The notes: generated from the sequence alone by a model not told the origin. Positions 1-11,616 are shown, numbered from the stretch's first letter. The stretch is 64,000 nucleotides of DNA from Rhodospirillaceae bacterium (GCA_002746255.1 NVWO01000001.1:97198-161197); one strand, 5' to 3'. Numbers and translations are program-made.

Positions 1-987
1 GATGGGCGGCTGCGGGTGGAATTTCGCCTCTGGGACGTTGTGGCGGAACAGCAGATGCAGGGGCTGGCCTATCACACGCAGCCGGAAAACTGGCGCCGCG
101 TTGCGCATAAAATTTCAGATTCAATCTATGAACGCATTACCGGCGAGAAAGGCTATTTCGATACGCGGATTGTTTATGTCGCCGAGAGCGGGCTGGCGAC
201 ACAGCGGATAAAGCGCCTTGCGATCATGGATCAGGACGGTGAAAACAATCGGTTTCTCACCGATGAACGAACGCTTATTCTGACGCCGCGTTTCTCGAAG
301 ACGGCGCAGAAGATCGTGTTTCTTTCTTACTATGGCGACGTTCCGCGCGTTTACCTTTTCGACATTGAAACCGGTGTGCAGGAACGCCTTGGTGATTTTT
401 CAGGCATGACGTTCGCGCCGCGCTTTTCGCCCGACGATTCGCAAGTTGTCATGAGTTATGCGAAGGACGGGAATTCCGACATTTATGTCATGGACCTGGA
501 CACGCGAAAGGCAAAACGCCTGACGACGAATTCGGGGATCGACACGTCGCCTTCTTTCTCGCCCCAAGGCGATCGGATTGTCTTTAACTCCGATCGTGGT
601 GGTTCGCCGCAGCTTTATGTCATGAGCAAGAACGGCAGAAACATCCACCGGACAAGTTTTGGGAAGGGACGGTACGGCACGCCGGTGTGGTCGCCGCGCG
701 GCGACCTGATCGCTTTTACGAAGATTTATAAAAACCGCTTCTTCATTGGCGTCATGAAACCGGACGGCAGTGGTGAGCGGTTGCTGACGGAGAGCTTCCG
801 CGACGAGGGCCCCACTTGGGCTCCGAACGGACGGGTCCTTATGTTTTTCCGGCAAATTCCAGGCGATGCGAACGGTTACGGTGATCGTGTGCGCCTTTAT
901 TCGATCGATCTCACAGGCCGCAACGAGCGTGAAGTGGTCACCCCGCTTGATGCGTCCGATCCGGCCTGGTCCCCCTTGATTCCGTGA
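1..987 (+). CDS. tolB: TolB periplasmic beta-propeller protein, N-terminus cut by window edge
   Basis: Frame is open from base 1. Translation shows TolB-like beta-propeller repeats (DGS.IVF.SDRGG.PQLYVM...). Position upstream of pal and cpoB matches the conserved tol-pal gene order. Confidence 0.9.
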   Translation, partial: DGRLRVEFRLWDVVAEQQMQGLAYHTQPENWRRVAHKISDSIYERITGEKGYFDTRIVYVAESGLATQRIKRLAIMDQDGENNRFLTDERTLILTPRFSKTAQKIVFLSYYGDVPRVYLFDIETGVQERLGDFSGMTFAPRFSPDDSQVVMSYAKDGNSDIYVMDLDTRKAKRLTTNSGIDTSPSFSPQGDRIVFNSDRGGSPQLYVMSKNGRNIHRTSFGKGRYGTPVWSPRGDLIAFTKIYKNRFFIGVMKPDGSGERLLTESFRDEGPTWAPNGRVLMFFRQIPGDANGYGDRVRLYSIDLTGRNEREVVTPLDASDPAWSPLIP

Positions 988-1166
988 TTTCGAGCAAGTA
1001 TGGTTAAAATTCCCGGGAAATAGCGGGAGAACGGTTGCTGGACGCCAGATTTTTCTGGAAGGCGGCGCACAGGTCACCGGGAGACAGGGTGGCGGAAGAT
1101 TCTTTAGATTTTGTAAACCACTCACGTGGTTTAAACACCCAGGTTCTCGATCAGGAGATTACGTCG

Positions 1167-1655
1167 ATGCGTCGGATTTTTGTTACCATTGCGGCATTGG
1201 TTCTTCTCACCGCCTGCGAAACGCAGACCGGTGGTGCAGGGGGGTCCAGAGGTGCTGGCGGCGCCGGAGGTTCCGGAGGTTCCGGCGGTTACAGCGGGAT
1301 GAGTTCCCAGCAGGAACTTGTCGCCAAGATTGGCGACCGGATCTTTTTTAATCTCAACAGTTATAAAATACGCGCAGACGCCCAGAAGATTCTGCAGGCG
1401 CAAGCCACATGGCTGAAGCAGCAATCGAGCCTTAACATTACAATTGAAGGCCATTGTGATGAGCGGGGCACGCGGGAATACAACCTGGCGCTTGGTGAAC
1501 GTCGTGCGAATGCGGTGAAAGATTATCTTGTTGCCCTTGGCGTACCGACAAGCCGGATTATGACGATCAGTTACGGCGAAGAGCGGCCGGTGGCCCTTGG
1601 CCATAATGATGCGGCCTGGACGCAGAACCGCCGCGGCGTGACGAAAGTCAACTAA
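1167..1655 (+). CDS. pal: Peptidoglycan-associated lipoprotein Pal (OmpA-like)
   Basis: Track ORF 1035-1655. The internal ATG at 1167 gives a lipoprotein signal peptide with lipobox LLTAC. A Gly-rich linker is followed by an OmpA-like C-terminal domain (NLALGERRANAV..YL). It sits immediately after tolB. Confidence 0.9.
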   Translation: MRRIFVTIAALVLLTACETQTGGAGGSRGAGGAGGSGGSGGYSGMSSQQELVAKIGDRIFFNLNSYKIRADAQKILQAQATWLKQQSSLNITIEGHCDERGTREYNLALGERRANAVKDYLVALGVPTSRIMTISYGEERPVALGHNDAAWTQNRRGVTKVN

Positions 1656-1759
1656 ACATCCTAGCCCAAGCGACGACGCCCTTTTTGAATTCACCGTCCG
1701 TCTGGCCTTCAGGTTCGATAAGAACCTTTTGGGCCTGGCGGACGACGTGTGTTTAAGGA

Positions 1760-2737
1760 ATGAAAATGCCGTTTCGGAAAACGGAGAAGGGGATAGCGCG
1801 GCATTTGTGCGGCGGGGCAGGATCGGCCCTTTTTTATGGCCGTCTTCTGGCGATGCTCGTTACCTTGCCGTTGCTTTTGGCGACGCCAGCCCTGGCCCAG
1901 GGTCTGGGGGCCGGTGCCCTTGTGGAACGGCTCGACCGTCTGGAACGTGACCTGCAAAATTTGCAGCGTGAGTTTTACCGCGATGGGGCGACGCCTTCTT
2001 CGCCAGTGATAGGTTCGCTGGTGAACGATACGGATGCGCCGCCGCCGGCGGCCCGCGCGGAACTTCGCTTTGCCGAAATTGAAACGCAAATTCGCGGCCT
2101 TACAGGCAAGGTCGAAGAAGTCCAATTCCGGCTCTCCGAACTTGGCGAGCGCCTCGACCTTTTAACCAGCGATCTTGAGCTTCGCCTTGCTGCCATCGAA
2201 GTCAGGCTCGCTGGCAGCAAACAAGACGGCACTGGCCAGGCGGGGGCCGTGATGGAAGGTTCGCCGACGTCTGAGACGTCAGCGTCCGAGACGTCCGCCG
2301 TTGCGGCGACGTCCGAGCCCGGCGGCGACGTGGCGGCAAAGGCGGTAAGCCTGCCGCCGAAAGAAGCCTATGCCCATGCCTTTTCACTGCTTGGCCGTCG
2401 CGAATATGTGGAGGCGGAACGTGAATTGAAGGCCTTTCTGGAGGCCTATCCTGAGGATCGGCTTGCACCGAACGCGACCTACTGGCTTGGCGAAACCTAT
2501 TATGTGCGGAACGATTTCCGCCAGGCAGCCGTGATTTTTCTTCAGGGTTATCAGAAGAACCCCAAAGGTTCCAAGGCACCGGACAATCTGTTTAAGCTGG
2601 CAAAATCCTTGGGAAATATCGGCGATAAGAAAGAAGCCTGCGCCACCTTGAGCCGGCTCAAAAAAGAATTCCCCAAACTTCCTTCGGCCGTTTTTCAGCG
2701 CGCCGAGGCAGAGCGCAAGCGGAACGGCTGCCCGTAA
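1760..2737 (+). CDS. cpoB: Tol-Pal system protein CpoB/YbgF (coiled-coil + TPR)
   Basis: N-terminal signal or anchor sequence, a coiled-coil segment (LERDLQNLQREF..), and a C-terminal TPR-like region (YWLGETYYVRNDFRQA). Located downstream of pal. The true start may be the internal ATG near 1853. Confidence 0.8.
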   Translation: MKMPFRKTEKGIARHLCGGAGSALFYGRLLAMLVTLPLLLATPALAQGLGAGALVERLDRLERDLQNLQREFYRDGATPSSPVIGSLVNDTDAPPPAARAELRFAEIETQIRGLTGKVEEVQFRLSELGERLDLLTSDLELRLAAIEVRLAGSKQDGTGQAGAVMEGSPTSETSASETSAVAATSEPGGDVAAKAVSLPPKEAYAHAFSLLGRREYVEAERELKAFLEAYPEDRLAPNATYWLGETYYVRNDFRQAAVIFLQGYQKNPKGSKAPDNLFKLAKSLGNIGDKKEACATLSRLKKEFPKLPSAVFQRAEAERKRNGCP

Positions 2738-2765
2738 GTATTTTTTCTGGATATCCGGCGGACGG

Positions 2766-4094
2766 ATGCCCATGGACATAGAAAAATTTTCAGAACGCAT
2801 GGGGGCGTTGGGGCCCTTCGAAGCGCAACCCCGGCTTGGTGTCGCCGTTTCCGGCGGCGCGGACAGCATGGCGCTTGTGCTGCTTGCAGACGCATGGGCG
2901 CGCGCGCGCGGCGGTGCGGTGCTGGCCTTGACGGTGGATCATGGCCTGCGCGCCGAGGCGGCAATGGAAGCGCGCCAGGTCGGCACCTGGCTTCGTTCGC
3001 ACCACATTGCGCATCGCATTCTTCGTTGGGAGGGTGCGAAGCCTAAAACCGGCATTCAGGCGGCGGCGCGCGATGCGCGTTATGCCCTGTTGATGGAACG
3101 CTGCCGGAAAGAGGGCATTTTGCATCTGCTGCTGGCCCATCAAAGGGAAGACCAGGCCGAGACATTTCTTTTTCGCCTGGCGCGGGGCAGCGGCCTCGAA
3201 GGCCTTGCCGGGATGGCGTCGATCTCTGAGCGGACGCATCTGCGCCTGCTTCGCCCCTTGCTGGACGTGCCGCGCGCGCGTCTTCGCAAGATTCTTGAGA
3301 CGGCAGATCAGCCGTGGATCGAAGATCCGTCCAACGAGGATCGCGCGTTTGCACGTGTGCGCATTCGGGCAGTTCTGCCGGTTCTGGGCCGAGAAGGGGT
3401 GACAGTGGAGCGGCTTGTCGAAATGACGCGGCAATTGGCGCATTCGCGCGCCGAACTTGAAGGGGCGACGGCGGCCCTTTTGGCGGAACAGGCAACGCTT
3501 TATCCGGAAGGCTACGCGCGTATAGCCAAGGCGGCCTTTCTGGCGGCATCGCCGGAATGTGCGCGCGCCGCCCTTGGCCGGCTGTTGCGCGTCGTTGGTG
3601 GCGGCGTTCATGTGCCACGCCGCGCGCGGATTGCGCGTCTTGCGACAGCCCTTGCGCAAGGGGAATTCCGATCTGGCCGTACGCTTGGCGGTTGCCGGGT
3701 GCTTGTCGAGGCGGAAAGCGTTCTTATTTGCCGCGAGATGCGGAAAGAAGTGCCCCAGCCCGTTCTTCCCGGGGCCTGTTTTCGCTGGGATGGGCGCTTT
3801 GTTGTCGAGACGGCACCGGCAAAGGCGGGAAGCCCCTGGGCGAAGCAGGCGAAGACCTGGCGTCTTCAGCGGCTTGGCGCGCAAGGCTGGGCCGAAATCG
3901 TGGCGGTTGAACCGGCCTTGCGACAAAGCCGCCTTCCTGTCGCCGTCCGGTCGACGCTGCCGGCGATCTGGGACCGCCGGGGCGTGTTTCTGGTTCCCCA
4001 TCTTGGCTACGATCGTGGGGGCGGAAAATTTTTGAAACGTCTGGATTTCGAGCCATTCGAGCCTTTGGCCGGCGCCACTTTTACGGTTGCGTAA
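2766..4094 (+). CDS. tilS: tRNA(Ile)-lysidine synthetase
   Basis: N-terminal PP-loop motif VSGGADSMAL. Size is about 440 aa. The position between the tol-pal genes and ftsH is typical of alphaproteobacteria. Confidence 0.85.
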   Translation: MPMDIEKFSERMGALGPFEAQPRLGVAVSGGADSMALVLLADAWARARGGAVLALTVDHGLRAEAAMEARQVGTWLRSHHIAHRILRWEGAKPKTGIQAAARDARYALLMERCRKEGILHLLLAHQREDQAETFLFRLARGSGLEGLAGMASISERTHLRLLRPLLDVPRARLRKILETADQPWIEDPSNEDRAFARVRIRAVLPVLGREGVTVERLVEMTRQLAHSRAELEGATAALLAEQATLYPEGYARIAKAAFLAASPECARAALGRLLRVVGGGVHVPRRARIARLATALAQGEFRSGRTLGGCRVLVEAESVLICREMRKEVPQPVLPGACFRWDGRFVVETAPAKAGSPWAKQAKTWRLQRLGAQGWAEIVAVEPALRQSRLPVAVRSTLPAIWDRRGVFLVPHLGYDRGGGKFLKRLDFEPFEPLAGATFTVA

Positions 4095-4258
4095 GCCGGG
4101 TCAGGCACTATCTTTACAACGGGTATGCCTTAATGTGGTTGGACAAGGTGGCCTGCGTGTTAGAATTTGCCTCTGGCGGTGCGCGTGTGCGTGCCGGGGG
4201 AGGGTAAGCAACCAGGCCTTAAGAAACCGGGCCGGCGCAACGGAGACGTGAAAAAGTC

Positions 4259-6205
4259 GTGAACATTTTCAGGAAGAATCTGATGCTTTGGGTCATCATC
4301 GTGCTGTTGGTGATAGCCCTGTTCAACCTGTTTCAGGCACCGAGTTCGAACGAAGCCGTTCCGGAAATCGCCTTCTCGGACTTCCTTGCGGAGGTTGATG
4401 GCGGACGGGTTCGCGATGTTACGATCCAGGGACACCAGATTAGTGGCCATTCTCAGGATGGCCGACCGTTCGCGACCTATGCGCCGGACGACCCCCAGCT
4501 TGTGAACCGGCTGACGCTGCACAATGTGCGGATTACCGCCGCACCGAGCGAAGAAGGTGTGCCGTCTCTCTTCAGCATCCTTATCTCCTGGTTCCCGATG
4601 CTGCTTTTGATCGGGGTCTGGATTTTTATCATGCGGCAGATGCAGGGCGGCGCCGGAAAGGCGATGGGGTTTGGCAAATCCCGTGCCCGCATGCTGACCA
4701 AGCATGGCGATCGCGTTACCTTCGACAATGTTGCCGGCATCGACGAGGCAAAACAGGAACTTGAAGAAGTTGTCGATTTTCTGAAAGACCCGCAGCGCTA
4801 CCAGCGTCTTGGCGGAAAAATTCCAAAGGGCGTTTTGCTGGTCGGGGCCCCCGGCACGGGCAAGACGTTGCTGGCTCGCGCCATTGCCGGCGAGGCGAAC
4901 GTGCCTTTCTTCTCGATCTCCGGTTCGGACTTTGTCGAGATGTTCGTCGGTGTCGGTGCCAGCCGTGTGCGCGACATGTTCGAACAGGGCAAGAAAAACG
5001 CGCCCTGTCTGATCTTCATCGATGAAATCGACGCCGTTGGCCGGCACCGGGGCGCGGGCGTTGGCGGCGGCAATGACGAGCGCGAACAGACCCTGAACCA
5101 GCTTTTGGTCGAGATGGACGGCTTTGAGGCGAATGAGGGTGTCATCATCATCGCGGCGACGAACCGCCCCGATGTGCTGGACCCGGCGTTGCTGCGCCCG
5201 GGGCGCTTTGACCGACAGGTGGTTGTGCCGGTTCCTGACGTCGTCGGCCGGGAGAAGATCCTGAAGGTTCACATGAAAAAGGTGGCGATTGCGCCGGATG
5301 CCAATGCGAGGATCATTGCGCGCGGGACGCCTGGATTTACGGGCGCGGACCTTGCGAACCTTGTGAACGAGGCGGCCCTTCTGGCGGCGCGCAAGATGAA
5401 GCGCTTTGTCACGATGGCGGAAATGGAGGAGGCCAAGGACAAGGTGATGATGGGGGCCGAACGCCGTTCCATGGTCATGACCGAAAAAGAAAAAAAGCTG
5501 ACCGCCTATCACGAATCGGGCCATGCGCTTGTCGCCGTCAACATGGAAGAATCCGACCCCATTCATAAGGCGACGATCATTCCGCGCGGCCGCTCGCTTG
5601 GCCTGGTTATGCGGCTGCCGGAGGGCGACCGGATTTCCATGTCGCGGGCGAAGCTGGAAGCGGATCTGGCCGTGGCGATGGGTGGCCGGGTGGCGGAAGA
5701 ACTTGTCTTCGGCCACGATCAGGTGACAACCGGCGCCTCTCAGGACATTGCCATGGCGACGCAGATGGCGCACCGCATGGTGACGGAATGGGGAATGAGC
5801 GACAAACTCGGCCCCCTTGCCTATAAGGCGAATGAACAAGAGGTTTTTCTGGGACATTCCGTGACGCAAACCCAGAACATTTCGGACGCGACGTCTGCGC
5901 TGATCGATTCGGAAGTTCGTAGAATTGTCGAGGAAGCATTGGCGCAAGCCAGGAAAATTCTCTCGGAACAGCGCGACAAGCTGGAAATTCTTGCCAAGGG
6001 GTTGCTGGAATATGAAACCCTTAGCGGCGACGAGATTGCAGCCCTTTTGAAGGGCGAGCCCATCCATCGTCCTGGTGAGGAGGCGGAGGATTCGGACGGG
6101 AATGCGCCGCAGTCTTCTGTGCCTTCGAGCGGGGATGAAAAGTCGGAAGAAGGTAAAGAGGGGCCGGAAGGCGGGTTGGCGCCGACGCCCCAGCCGGACG
6201 GCTAG
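4259..6205 (+). CDS. ftsH: ATP-dependent zinc metalloprotease FtsH
   Basis: N-terminal TM helices. AAA+ Walker A motif GAPGTGKT and second region of homology. HEXXH zinc motif HESGHAL. Acidic C-terminal tail. Confidence 0.95.
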   Translation: MNIFRKNLMLWVIIVLLVIALFNLFQAPSSNEAVPEIAFSDFLAEVDGGRVRDVTIQGHQISGHSQDGRPFATYAPDDPQLVNRLTLHNVRITAAPSEEGVPSLFSILISWFPMLLLIGVWIFIMRQMQGGAGKAMGFGKSRARMLTKHGDRVTFDNVAGIDEAKQELEEVVDFLKDPQRYQRLGGKIPKGVLLVGAPGTGKTLLARAIAGEANVPFFSISGSDFVEMFVGVGASRVRDMFEQGKKNAPCLIFIDEIDAVGRHRGAGVGGGNDEREQTLNQLLVEMDGFEANEGVIIIAATNRPDVLDPALLRPGRFDRQVVVPVPDVVGREKILKVHMKKVAIAPDANARIIARGTPGFTGADLANLVNEAALLAARKMKRFVTMAEMEEAKDKVMMGAERRSMVMTEKEKKLTAYHESGHALVAVNMEESDPIHKATIIPRGRSLGLVMRLPEGDRISMSRAKLEADLAVAMGGRVAEELVFGHDQVTTGASQDIAMATQMAHRMVTEWGMSDKLGPLAYKANEQEVFLGHSVTQTQNISDATSALIDSEVRRIVEEALAQARKILSEQRDKLEILAKGLLEYETLSGDEIAALLKGEPIHRPGEEAEDSDGNAPQSSVPSSGDEKSEEGKEGPEGGLAPTPQPDG

Positions 6206-6218
6206 TCTTTTTCATTCG

Positions 6219-7352
6219 ATGCCGGATTGGCAAGATGCTCCATGGCCTCCCGGACCGGATGTGGCCGCGCTGGGCAGGCTTTACCTGCGTCCGTGCGATC
6301 TGCTTGCCGGTGCCAGCGCCAGGGCCGCGATTGCGGCGGGGGCTGCTTTTCCCCTGGCCGGTGGCCCCATGGCCTTTCGTTGCTGTGAGTTGGTGGTTCG
6401 TGGCGAAGGGGGGCGGCCGACGCGCCGTTGGCGTGCGCCCTTGGCCGAGATTGAAGCTTGGGCGCATGAGTGCGGCGGCCAGGTGGCCGACAGGATTGCC
6501 GGGCTTGCCGCAAATGTAACGGCAACGCGTCCGGCCTTTGCTGGTTTCCCATTGGACCCGCCGCATCTTTTCGGTGTCCTCAACGTCACCCCCGATAGCT
6601 TCTCGGATGGTGGCGAGCATGCCGACCCGGACGCCGCCATTGCCTGGGGCCGTCTGCTTGGTGAGGGCGGTGCGGCGATTGTTGACGTTGGTGGCGAATC
6701 GACCCGGCCGGGCGCGCATGCCGTCGCCGTTGAAGAAGAATGCCGGCGTGTTCTTCCGGTTGTCCGCGACCTTGCCGCGCGTGGCGCTGTTGTTTCTCTC
6801 GACAGTCGCCATGCCGATGTCATGGCGCGCGCACTGGACGCGGGCGCGTGCGTGTTGAACGATGTGACGGCTTTGACCCATGAGGCGGCCTCGCTGCCCC
6901 TGGCATCCCGGCACCACGCCAAGGTCGTGCTGATGCATATGCAGGGCACCCCCCAGACAATGCAAAACGCGCCCATTTATGACGACGTTGTTCTTGATGT
7001 CTTTGATTACCTTGAGGGGCGCGTGGCGGCCTGTGAGGACGCGGGCATGCCGCGCGGCGATCTTTGCGTCGATCCCGGGATCGGTTTTGGTAAGACGCTG
7101 GCTCATAATCTGGCTCTTTTGGAGACGCTTTCTCTTTTTCACGGCCTTGGCACGGCGATCCTCGTCGGGGTTTCGCGCAAAAGCTTTCTTGCCGGGGGAC
7201 GCTCCGACATGTTGCCGCGTGCGCGCCTTGCGGCCTCCATCGCCGCCGGTCTTGCCGCCTTAAATCAGGGTGTGCAGTTTCTTCGGGTTCATGACGTGCC
7301 GGTTACGCGACAGGCGATCGATGTCTGGTTGTCTTTGCGCAGTGGCCGCTAA
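6219..7352 (+). CDS. folP: Dihydropteroate synthase with ~100-aa N-terminal extension
   Basis: Classic DHPS motif LFGVLNVTPDSFSDGG and a pterin-binding TIM-barrel region (VDVGGESTRPGA...ILVGVSRKSF). Track ORF begins at 6075 inside ftsH. The first ATG after the ftsH stop is at 6219. Confidence 0.75.
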   Translation: MPDWQDAPWPPGPDVAALGRLYLRPCDLLAGASARAAIAAGAAFPLAGGPMAFRCCELVVRGEGGRPTRRWRAPLAEIEAWAHECGGQVADRIAGLAANVTATRPAFAGFPLDPPHLFGVLNVTPDSFSDGGEHADPDAAIAWGRLLGEGGAAIVDVGGESTRPGAHAVAVEEECRRVLPVVRDLAARGAVVSLDSRHADVMARALDAGACVLNDVTALTHEAASLPLASRHHAKVVLMHMQGTPQTMQNAPIYDDVVLDVFDYLEGRVAACEDAGMPRGDLCVDPGIGFGKTLAHNLALLETLSLFHGLGTAILVGVSRKSFLAGGRSDMLPRARLAASIAAGLAALNQGVQFLRVHDVPVTRQAIDVWLSLRSGR

Positions 7353-7424
7353 ATTTTCTTTGCCATTCAGGGTCTTCTGTTGCAATTTCCATCTTGGGTT
7401 TAGGGCTTTTGTTTTTGGAAGGGT

Positions 7425-8774
7425 TTGGGGATGCGGAAACTTTTCGGGACGGACGGGGTTCGCGGGACAGCCAATCAAGAGCCGATGACGGCGGAAACCG
7501 CCCTGAAAATCGGCATGGCTGCCGGGCGTCAGTTTCTTCGTGGGGACCATCGCCACCGGGCTATTATTGGCAAGGACACGCGGCTTTCCGGCTATTTGCT
7601 TGAACCGGCGCTGACGGCGGGGTTCATCTCGATGGGCATGGACGTGATTCTCGTCGGCCCCATGCCGACGCCGGCCATTGCCATGCTGACGCGGTCCCTG
7701 CGTGCGGATATCGGCGTCATGATTTCGGCGTCTCACAACCCTTATCAGGACAATGGCATCAAGCTGTTTGGCCCGGACGGGCGCAAGCTTTCCGACGAAA
7801 TCGAGGCCGAGATCGAGTGCCGCATCGACAATGGCGCCAAGGAGGACCTTGTGCCTTCGGATGGGTTGGGCCGTGCGATGCGCCTGGAAGATGCGCTTGG
7901 GCGCTACACGGAACACGTCAAGACGACGTTTCCACGCGGACTGACGCTGGACGGGCTGCGCATCGTCGTTGATTGTGCAAATGGTGCCGCCTACAAGGTG
8001 GCCCCCACCGTTCTTTGGGAATTGGGCGCCGAGGTCATTCCGATCGGGGTTGCGCCGGACGGGCGGAACATCAACCGGGATTGCGGTTCGACGGCGCCGG
8101 CGGCGATGTGCGAGGCGGTTCGCGCCCACGGGGCGCATCTGGGCATTGCCCTTGACGGCGATGCGGACCGGATGGTGCTGGCGGACGAAACCGGCAGGCT
8201 TGTGGATGGCGATCAGGTGATGGCGTTGATTGCCCGGTCCTGGCAGGAAAGGGGCCGGCTTCGCGGCGGTGGCATCGTCGCCACCGTCATGTCTAATTTG
8301 GGCCTTGAACACTATTTGCAGAAGTACGAACTCTCGCTTGCCCGTGTGCAGGTGGGCGACCGTTACGTTGTTGAACATATGCACACCCATGGCTACAACG
8401 TCGGCGGCGAACAATCCGGCCATATTATCTTTGGGGATTTTGGGACAACCGGGGACGGCCTGATTGCGGCGCTTCAGGTGCTGGCGGAAATTGTGCGCGC
8501 CAAGCGGGCGACAAGCGAGGTTGTGCATTGTTTTGACCCCCTGCCTCAGCTTCTTCGCAGTGTCCGTTTTGATGAACCGACGTCCCTTGAAAAGGCGGAA
8601 GTCCGGCATGCAATTGCGCAGGGCGAGGCGAGCCTTGGCGAAGATGGGCGGTTGCTGATACGCAAATCCGGCACCGAACCCGTCATCCGTATCATGGCGG
8701 AGGGAAAAGACGAAGCGCTGATTGGCCGCGTTGTTGCGGACATCGCGACGGCCATCGCACGCAAATCTAAATAA
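7425..8774 (+). CDS. glmM: Phosphoglucosamine mutase
   Basis: N-terminus [12 protein letters not shown] and active-site Ser loop [13 protein letters not shown]. The folP-glmM linkage is conserved in many bacteria. Confidence 0.95.
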   Translation: MGMRKLFGTDGVRGTANQEPMTAETALKIGMAAGRQFLRGDHRHRAIIGKDTRLSGYLLEPALTAGFISMGMDVILVGPMPTPAIAMLTRSLRADIGVMISASHNPYQDNGIKLFGPDGRKLSDEIEAEIECRIDNGAKEDLVPSDGLGRAMRLEDALGRYTEHVKTTFPRGLTLDGLRIVVDCANGAAYKVAPTVLWELGAEVIPIGVAPDGRNINRDCGSTAPAAMCEAVRAHGAHLGIALDGDADRMVLADETGRLVDGDQVMALIARSWQERGRLRGGGIVATVMSNLGLEHYLQKYELSLARVQVGDRYVVEHMHTHGYNVGGEQSGHIIFGDFGTTGDGLIAALQVLAEIVRAKRATSEVVHCFDPLPQLLRSVRFDEPTSLEKAEVRHAIAQGEASLGEDGRLLIRKSGTEPVIRIMAEGKDEALIGRVVADIATAIARKSK

Positions 8775-8808
8775 TTTTAATCCGGTGGTTTTGGAAAGGT
8801 AAGGCAGC

Positions 8809-9627
8809 ATGCGTGGGCGGGTTTTAGTGATTGCCGGGTCTGATTCCAGCGGCGGTGCCGGCATTCAGGCCGACATCAAGACGATCACGGCCCTTGGCGG
8901 TTATGCCGCGACGGCGGTGACGGCGGTGACGGCCCAAAATACGGAAGGCGTTGCCGGCGTTCATGGCATACCGCCGGATTTTGTTCGCCTGCAGATGGAT
9001 ATTGTGCTTTCCGATATTGGTGCGGATGTTTTGAAAACCGGCATGCTGCATACCGCCGGGACGGTTGAGGCCGTCTCTGATTTTATCGAAGCGAAGGCCA
9101 GGAATATTCCCCTTGTTGTGGACCCGGTGATGGTGGCAACGGGCGGTGCGCGGCTGCTTGAAGCGACAGCCATCAAGGCGATGAAGGACCGGCTTCTTCT
9201 GCTGGCGACGGTGATGACACCAAACGTGCCTGAGGCAGAGGCCCTGACCGGCATGAAGATCACCAGCCTTGATGATCTTGAACATGCAGCAGAAATTTTG
9301 CTCACCCTTGGGGCGGGCGCGGTTTTTCTTACCGGTGGCCATCTTATGGGGGCGAAGATTCGAGACGTGCTGGCGATCCCGGACGGCACCGAAACTTTCG
9401 ATGGGCCCCGGCTTGAGACTCGTCACACTCACGGGACGGGCTGCACACTCGCTTCGGCCCTGGCTACCGGCCTGGCACAGGGCCTTGGTCTGCGTGACGC
9501 GGTTCTTCGCGCACGCGCCTATGTTTTTGAGGCGATCCGCACGGCCCCTGGTTTTGGGCGCGGCCATGGGCCGCTTAACCATGGCTATCCGCTTGGGCTT
9601 GCGCTGAAAGCCGACGACGTCCTATAG
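8809..9627 (+). CDS. thiD: Hydroxymethylpyrimidine/phosphomethylpyrimidine kinase
   Basis: N-terminus VLVIAGSDSSGGAGIQADIKT and the ribokinase-like fold signature GTGCTLASALA. Confidence 0.85.
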   Translation: MRGRVLVIAGSDSSGGAGIQADIKTITALGGYAATAVTAVTAQNTEGVAGVHGIPPDFVRLQMDIVLSDIGADVLKTGMLHTAGTVEAVSDFIEAKARNIPLVVDPVMVATGGARLLEATAIKAMKDRLLLLATVMTPNVPEAEALTGMKITSLDDLEHAAEILLTLGAGAVFLTGGHLMGAKIRDVLAIPDGTETFDGPRLETRHTHGTGCTLASALATGLAQGLGLRDAVLRARAYVFEAIRTAPGFGRGHGPLNHGYPLGLALKADDVL

Positions 9628-11400
9628 CGGCCAGCAATACAGGATAAGCGGGACGCTGACGGCGATAATCAGGATGTCGAGCGGCAATCCCATCCGCCAG
9701 TAATCGCCGAATTTATAGCCGCCAGGCCCCATGACCAGCGTGTTCGACTGGTGGCCGATTGGCGTCAGGAAGGTCGAGGAGGCCCCGACCGCCACCGCCA
9801 TCAGGAAGGGGTCGATGTTCACGCCAAGGCCCATGGCGACGCTGGCGGCGATGGGTGCCATCAGAACCGCCGTCGCGGCGTTGTTCATGACGTCTGAAAG
9901 CAGCATGGTAACGATCATGACCAAGGCAAGAATGATCGGTGGGTCCAGATAGTTGGATGCGCCAACAAAAATTCCGCCGATAAGATCGGTGCCACCGGTT
10001 TCACGCAACGCCATTCCCACCGGAATCATGGCGGCGAGCAAAACAATGATCGGCCATTCGATGCTTTCATAGGCTTCGCGAAGCGACAGCAGATCGAAAA
10101 GCACAATGGCCAGGACGGCCCCCATGAAGGCAACGGCGGCCGGCAGGACACCGAAGGCGGTCAGCGCGATGGCGGTGGCGAAGATGCCGACGGGCAGCAA
10201 GGTCCGCTGTTTTTTGCCAAGGCGGATGTCGCGCCGGGCGAGGGGCAGGCAGCCAAGTTCGGACATGGCTTCGGCCAGGGCCGTTGTTTCCCCTTGCAGC
10301 AGCAGAACGTCCCCTGCCTGAAAGCGAATCCGGCTCAGCCTTTCCTTTACCGGAATGCCGTGCCGGGCGACACCCAGCATGTTGATCCCGAGGCGGGCAT
10401 GGAGCCGAAGGTTGCGCGAGGTCTGGCTTTCCATCGCTGAGCCGGGCGGAATGACGGCCTCCATCAGACTGACATCGTCCGAACGGATGGTTTCCATGCT
10501 CAGCCCTTCGCTGCCGATAAGTTCAAGCTTCGCCTGATCGACGAGGGTGCGCAGCGCATCTGGGTCGCCTTCAAGAATCAGAATGTCGCCTTCTTGCAAG
10601 CGTAGGAAGCTGGAGGGAGCCAGCAATTTCCGCTCGCCCCGGATGAGGCCAACGATGGCGACGTCCTCCTGGCCGATGGCTTCGAGTTCCTGCAGCGTGG
10701 CACCCACGAATTCCGAATCCGGTTCCAGGCGGGCCTCGGTGATGTAATCCTCGATCTGTTCGAAGGCCGTATCGGTATGAACGGCCCCTTTGCGTTGTGG
10801 CAACAGCCGCCAGCCAACGAGGACGATGAAACAGATGCCGACGATGGCCACGCCAATCCCGACGGGCGCAAAATCGAACATGGCGAATGGCACACCGCCA
10901 TATTCAGTGCGGTAATTGGCGATAATGATGTTCGGTGGGGTGCCGATCATCGTCATCAGGCCGCCCAGAAGCGACCCGAAGGAAAGCGGCATCAGAACGA
11001 CCGAGGACGGAAGGCCGGTCTTGTTGGCGATCTGGAGAGCAATCGGCATCATCAGGGCGAGTGCGCCGACATTGTTCATGAACGAGGAGAAGATGGCGAC
11101 CAGGATCGTGAGCGCTGCGATCTGCAACGTCGTGTGGCCGGCAAAGGGGCTCATGCAGGTAACCAGCAGGTCGGGGATCGCGGAATTGCGCAGCGCGCGC
11201 GTAATAATCAGAACGGCGGCGACGGTGATGACGGCCGGATGACCGAAGCCGGAAAAGGCGTTTTCAGCGGGGACGACGCCTGCGAAGACGGCGGCAAGCA
11301 AGGCGCCGATGGCGACGACGTCGTAGCGCCATTTTCCCCAGATAAACAAGGCTAACGCCGCCAGTAAAATGGCGAACAGAGCCGTTTGGTCAACCGTCAT
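9622..11400 (-). CDS. SLC13/DASS-family anion permease with two central TrkA-C (RCK_C) domains
   Basis: A 592-aa polytopic membrane protein. Hydrophobic N- and C-terminal halves are separated by two soluble RCK_C-like repeats (RLEPDSEFVGATLQEL... and LSMEAVIPPGSAMESQTSRNL...). This is the typical SLC13 architecture. Confidence 0.8.
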   Translation of the reverse strand: MTVDQTALFAILLAALALFIWGKWRYDVVAIGALLAAVFAGVVPAENAFSGFGHPAVITVAAVLIITRALRNSAIPDLLVTCMSPFAGHTTLQIAALTILVAIFSSFMNNVGALALMMPIALQIANKTGLPSSVVLMPLSFGSLLGGLMTMIGTPPNIIIANYRTEYGGVPFAMFDFAPVGIGVAIVGICFIVLVGWRLLPQRKGAVHTDTAFEQIEDYITEARLEPDSEFVGATLQELEAIGQEDVAIVGLIRGERKLLAPSSFLRLQEGDILILEGDPDALRTLVDQAKLELIGSEGLSMETIRSDDVSLMEAVIPPGSAMESQTSRNLRLHARLGINMLGVARHGIPVKERLSRIRFQAGDVLLLQGETTALAEAMSELGCLPLARRDIRLGKKQRTLLPVGIFATAIALTAFGVLPAAVAFMGAVLAIVLFDLLSLREAYESIEWPIIVLLAAMIPVGMALRETGGTDLIGGIFVGASNYLDPPIILALVMIVTMLLSDVMNNAATAVLMAPIAASVAMGLGVNIDPFLMAVAVGASSTFLTPIGHQSNTLVMGPGGYKFGDYWRMGLPLDILIIAVSVPLILYCWPL

Positions 11401-11616
11401 GCAGGCGTCTCCCTGGCCATATCTTCCGAGCCCCTCGGGCTTCTTGATTGGGAGAGATTACCCGGCGTTCGCGTTTGCGGCAAATTGCGAATATGTGCCC
11501 GATCCGGCGTTGACGCGCTGCACCACTCCCAATTAAACTCCGCGCAAATTTGCTGTTTTTAAAGAAGGCCGCATTCCTTCCGGCAATCTGCCTCAAAAAG
11601 GAAAACCAGGAAAACA

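Noticed and set aside
2790-4001. 403-aa minus-strand ORF antisense to tilS. Similar long antisense ORFs occur at 400-1125, 4160-6067, 6021-7142, 7260-8864, 17887-19041 and 15881-16837.
   Set aside because: They lie entirely opposite genes with strong family signatures. Their translations are Arg/Pro/Gly-rich and low-complexity, typical of spurious antisense ORFs in GC-rich DNA.
6075-6218. Track start of the folP ORF inside ftsH
   Set aside because: It overlaps the last 130 nt of ftsH. The first ATG after the ftsH stop (6219) is used instead.
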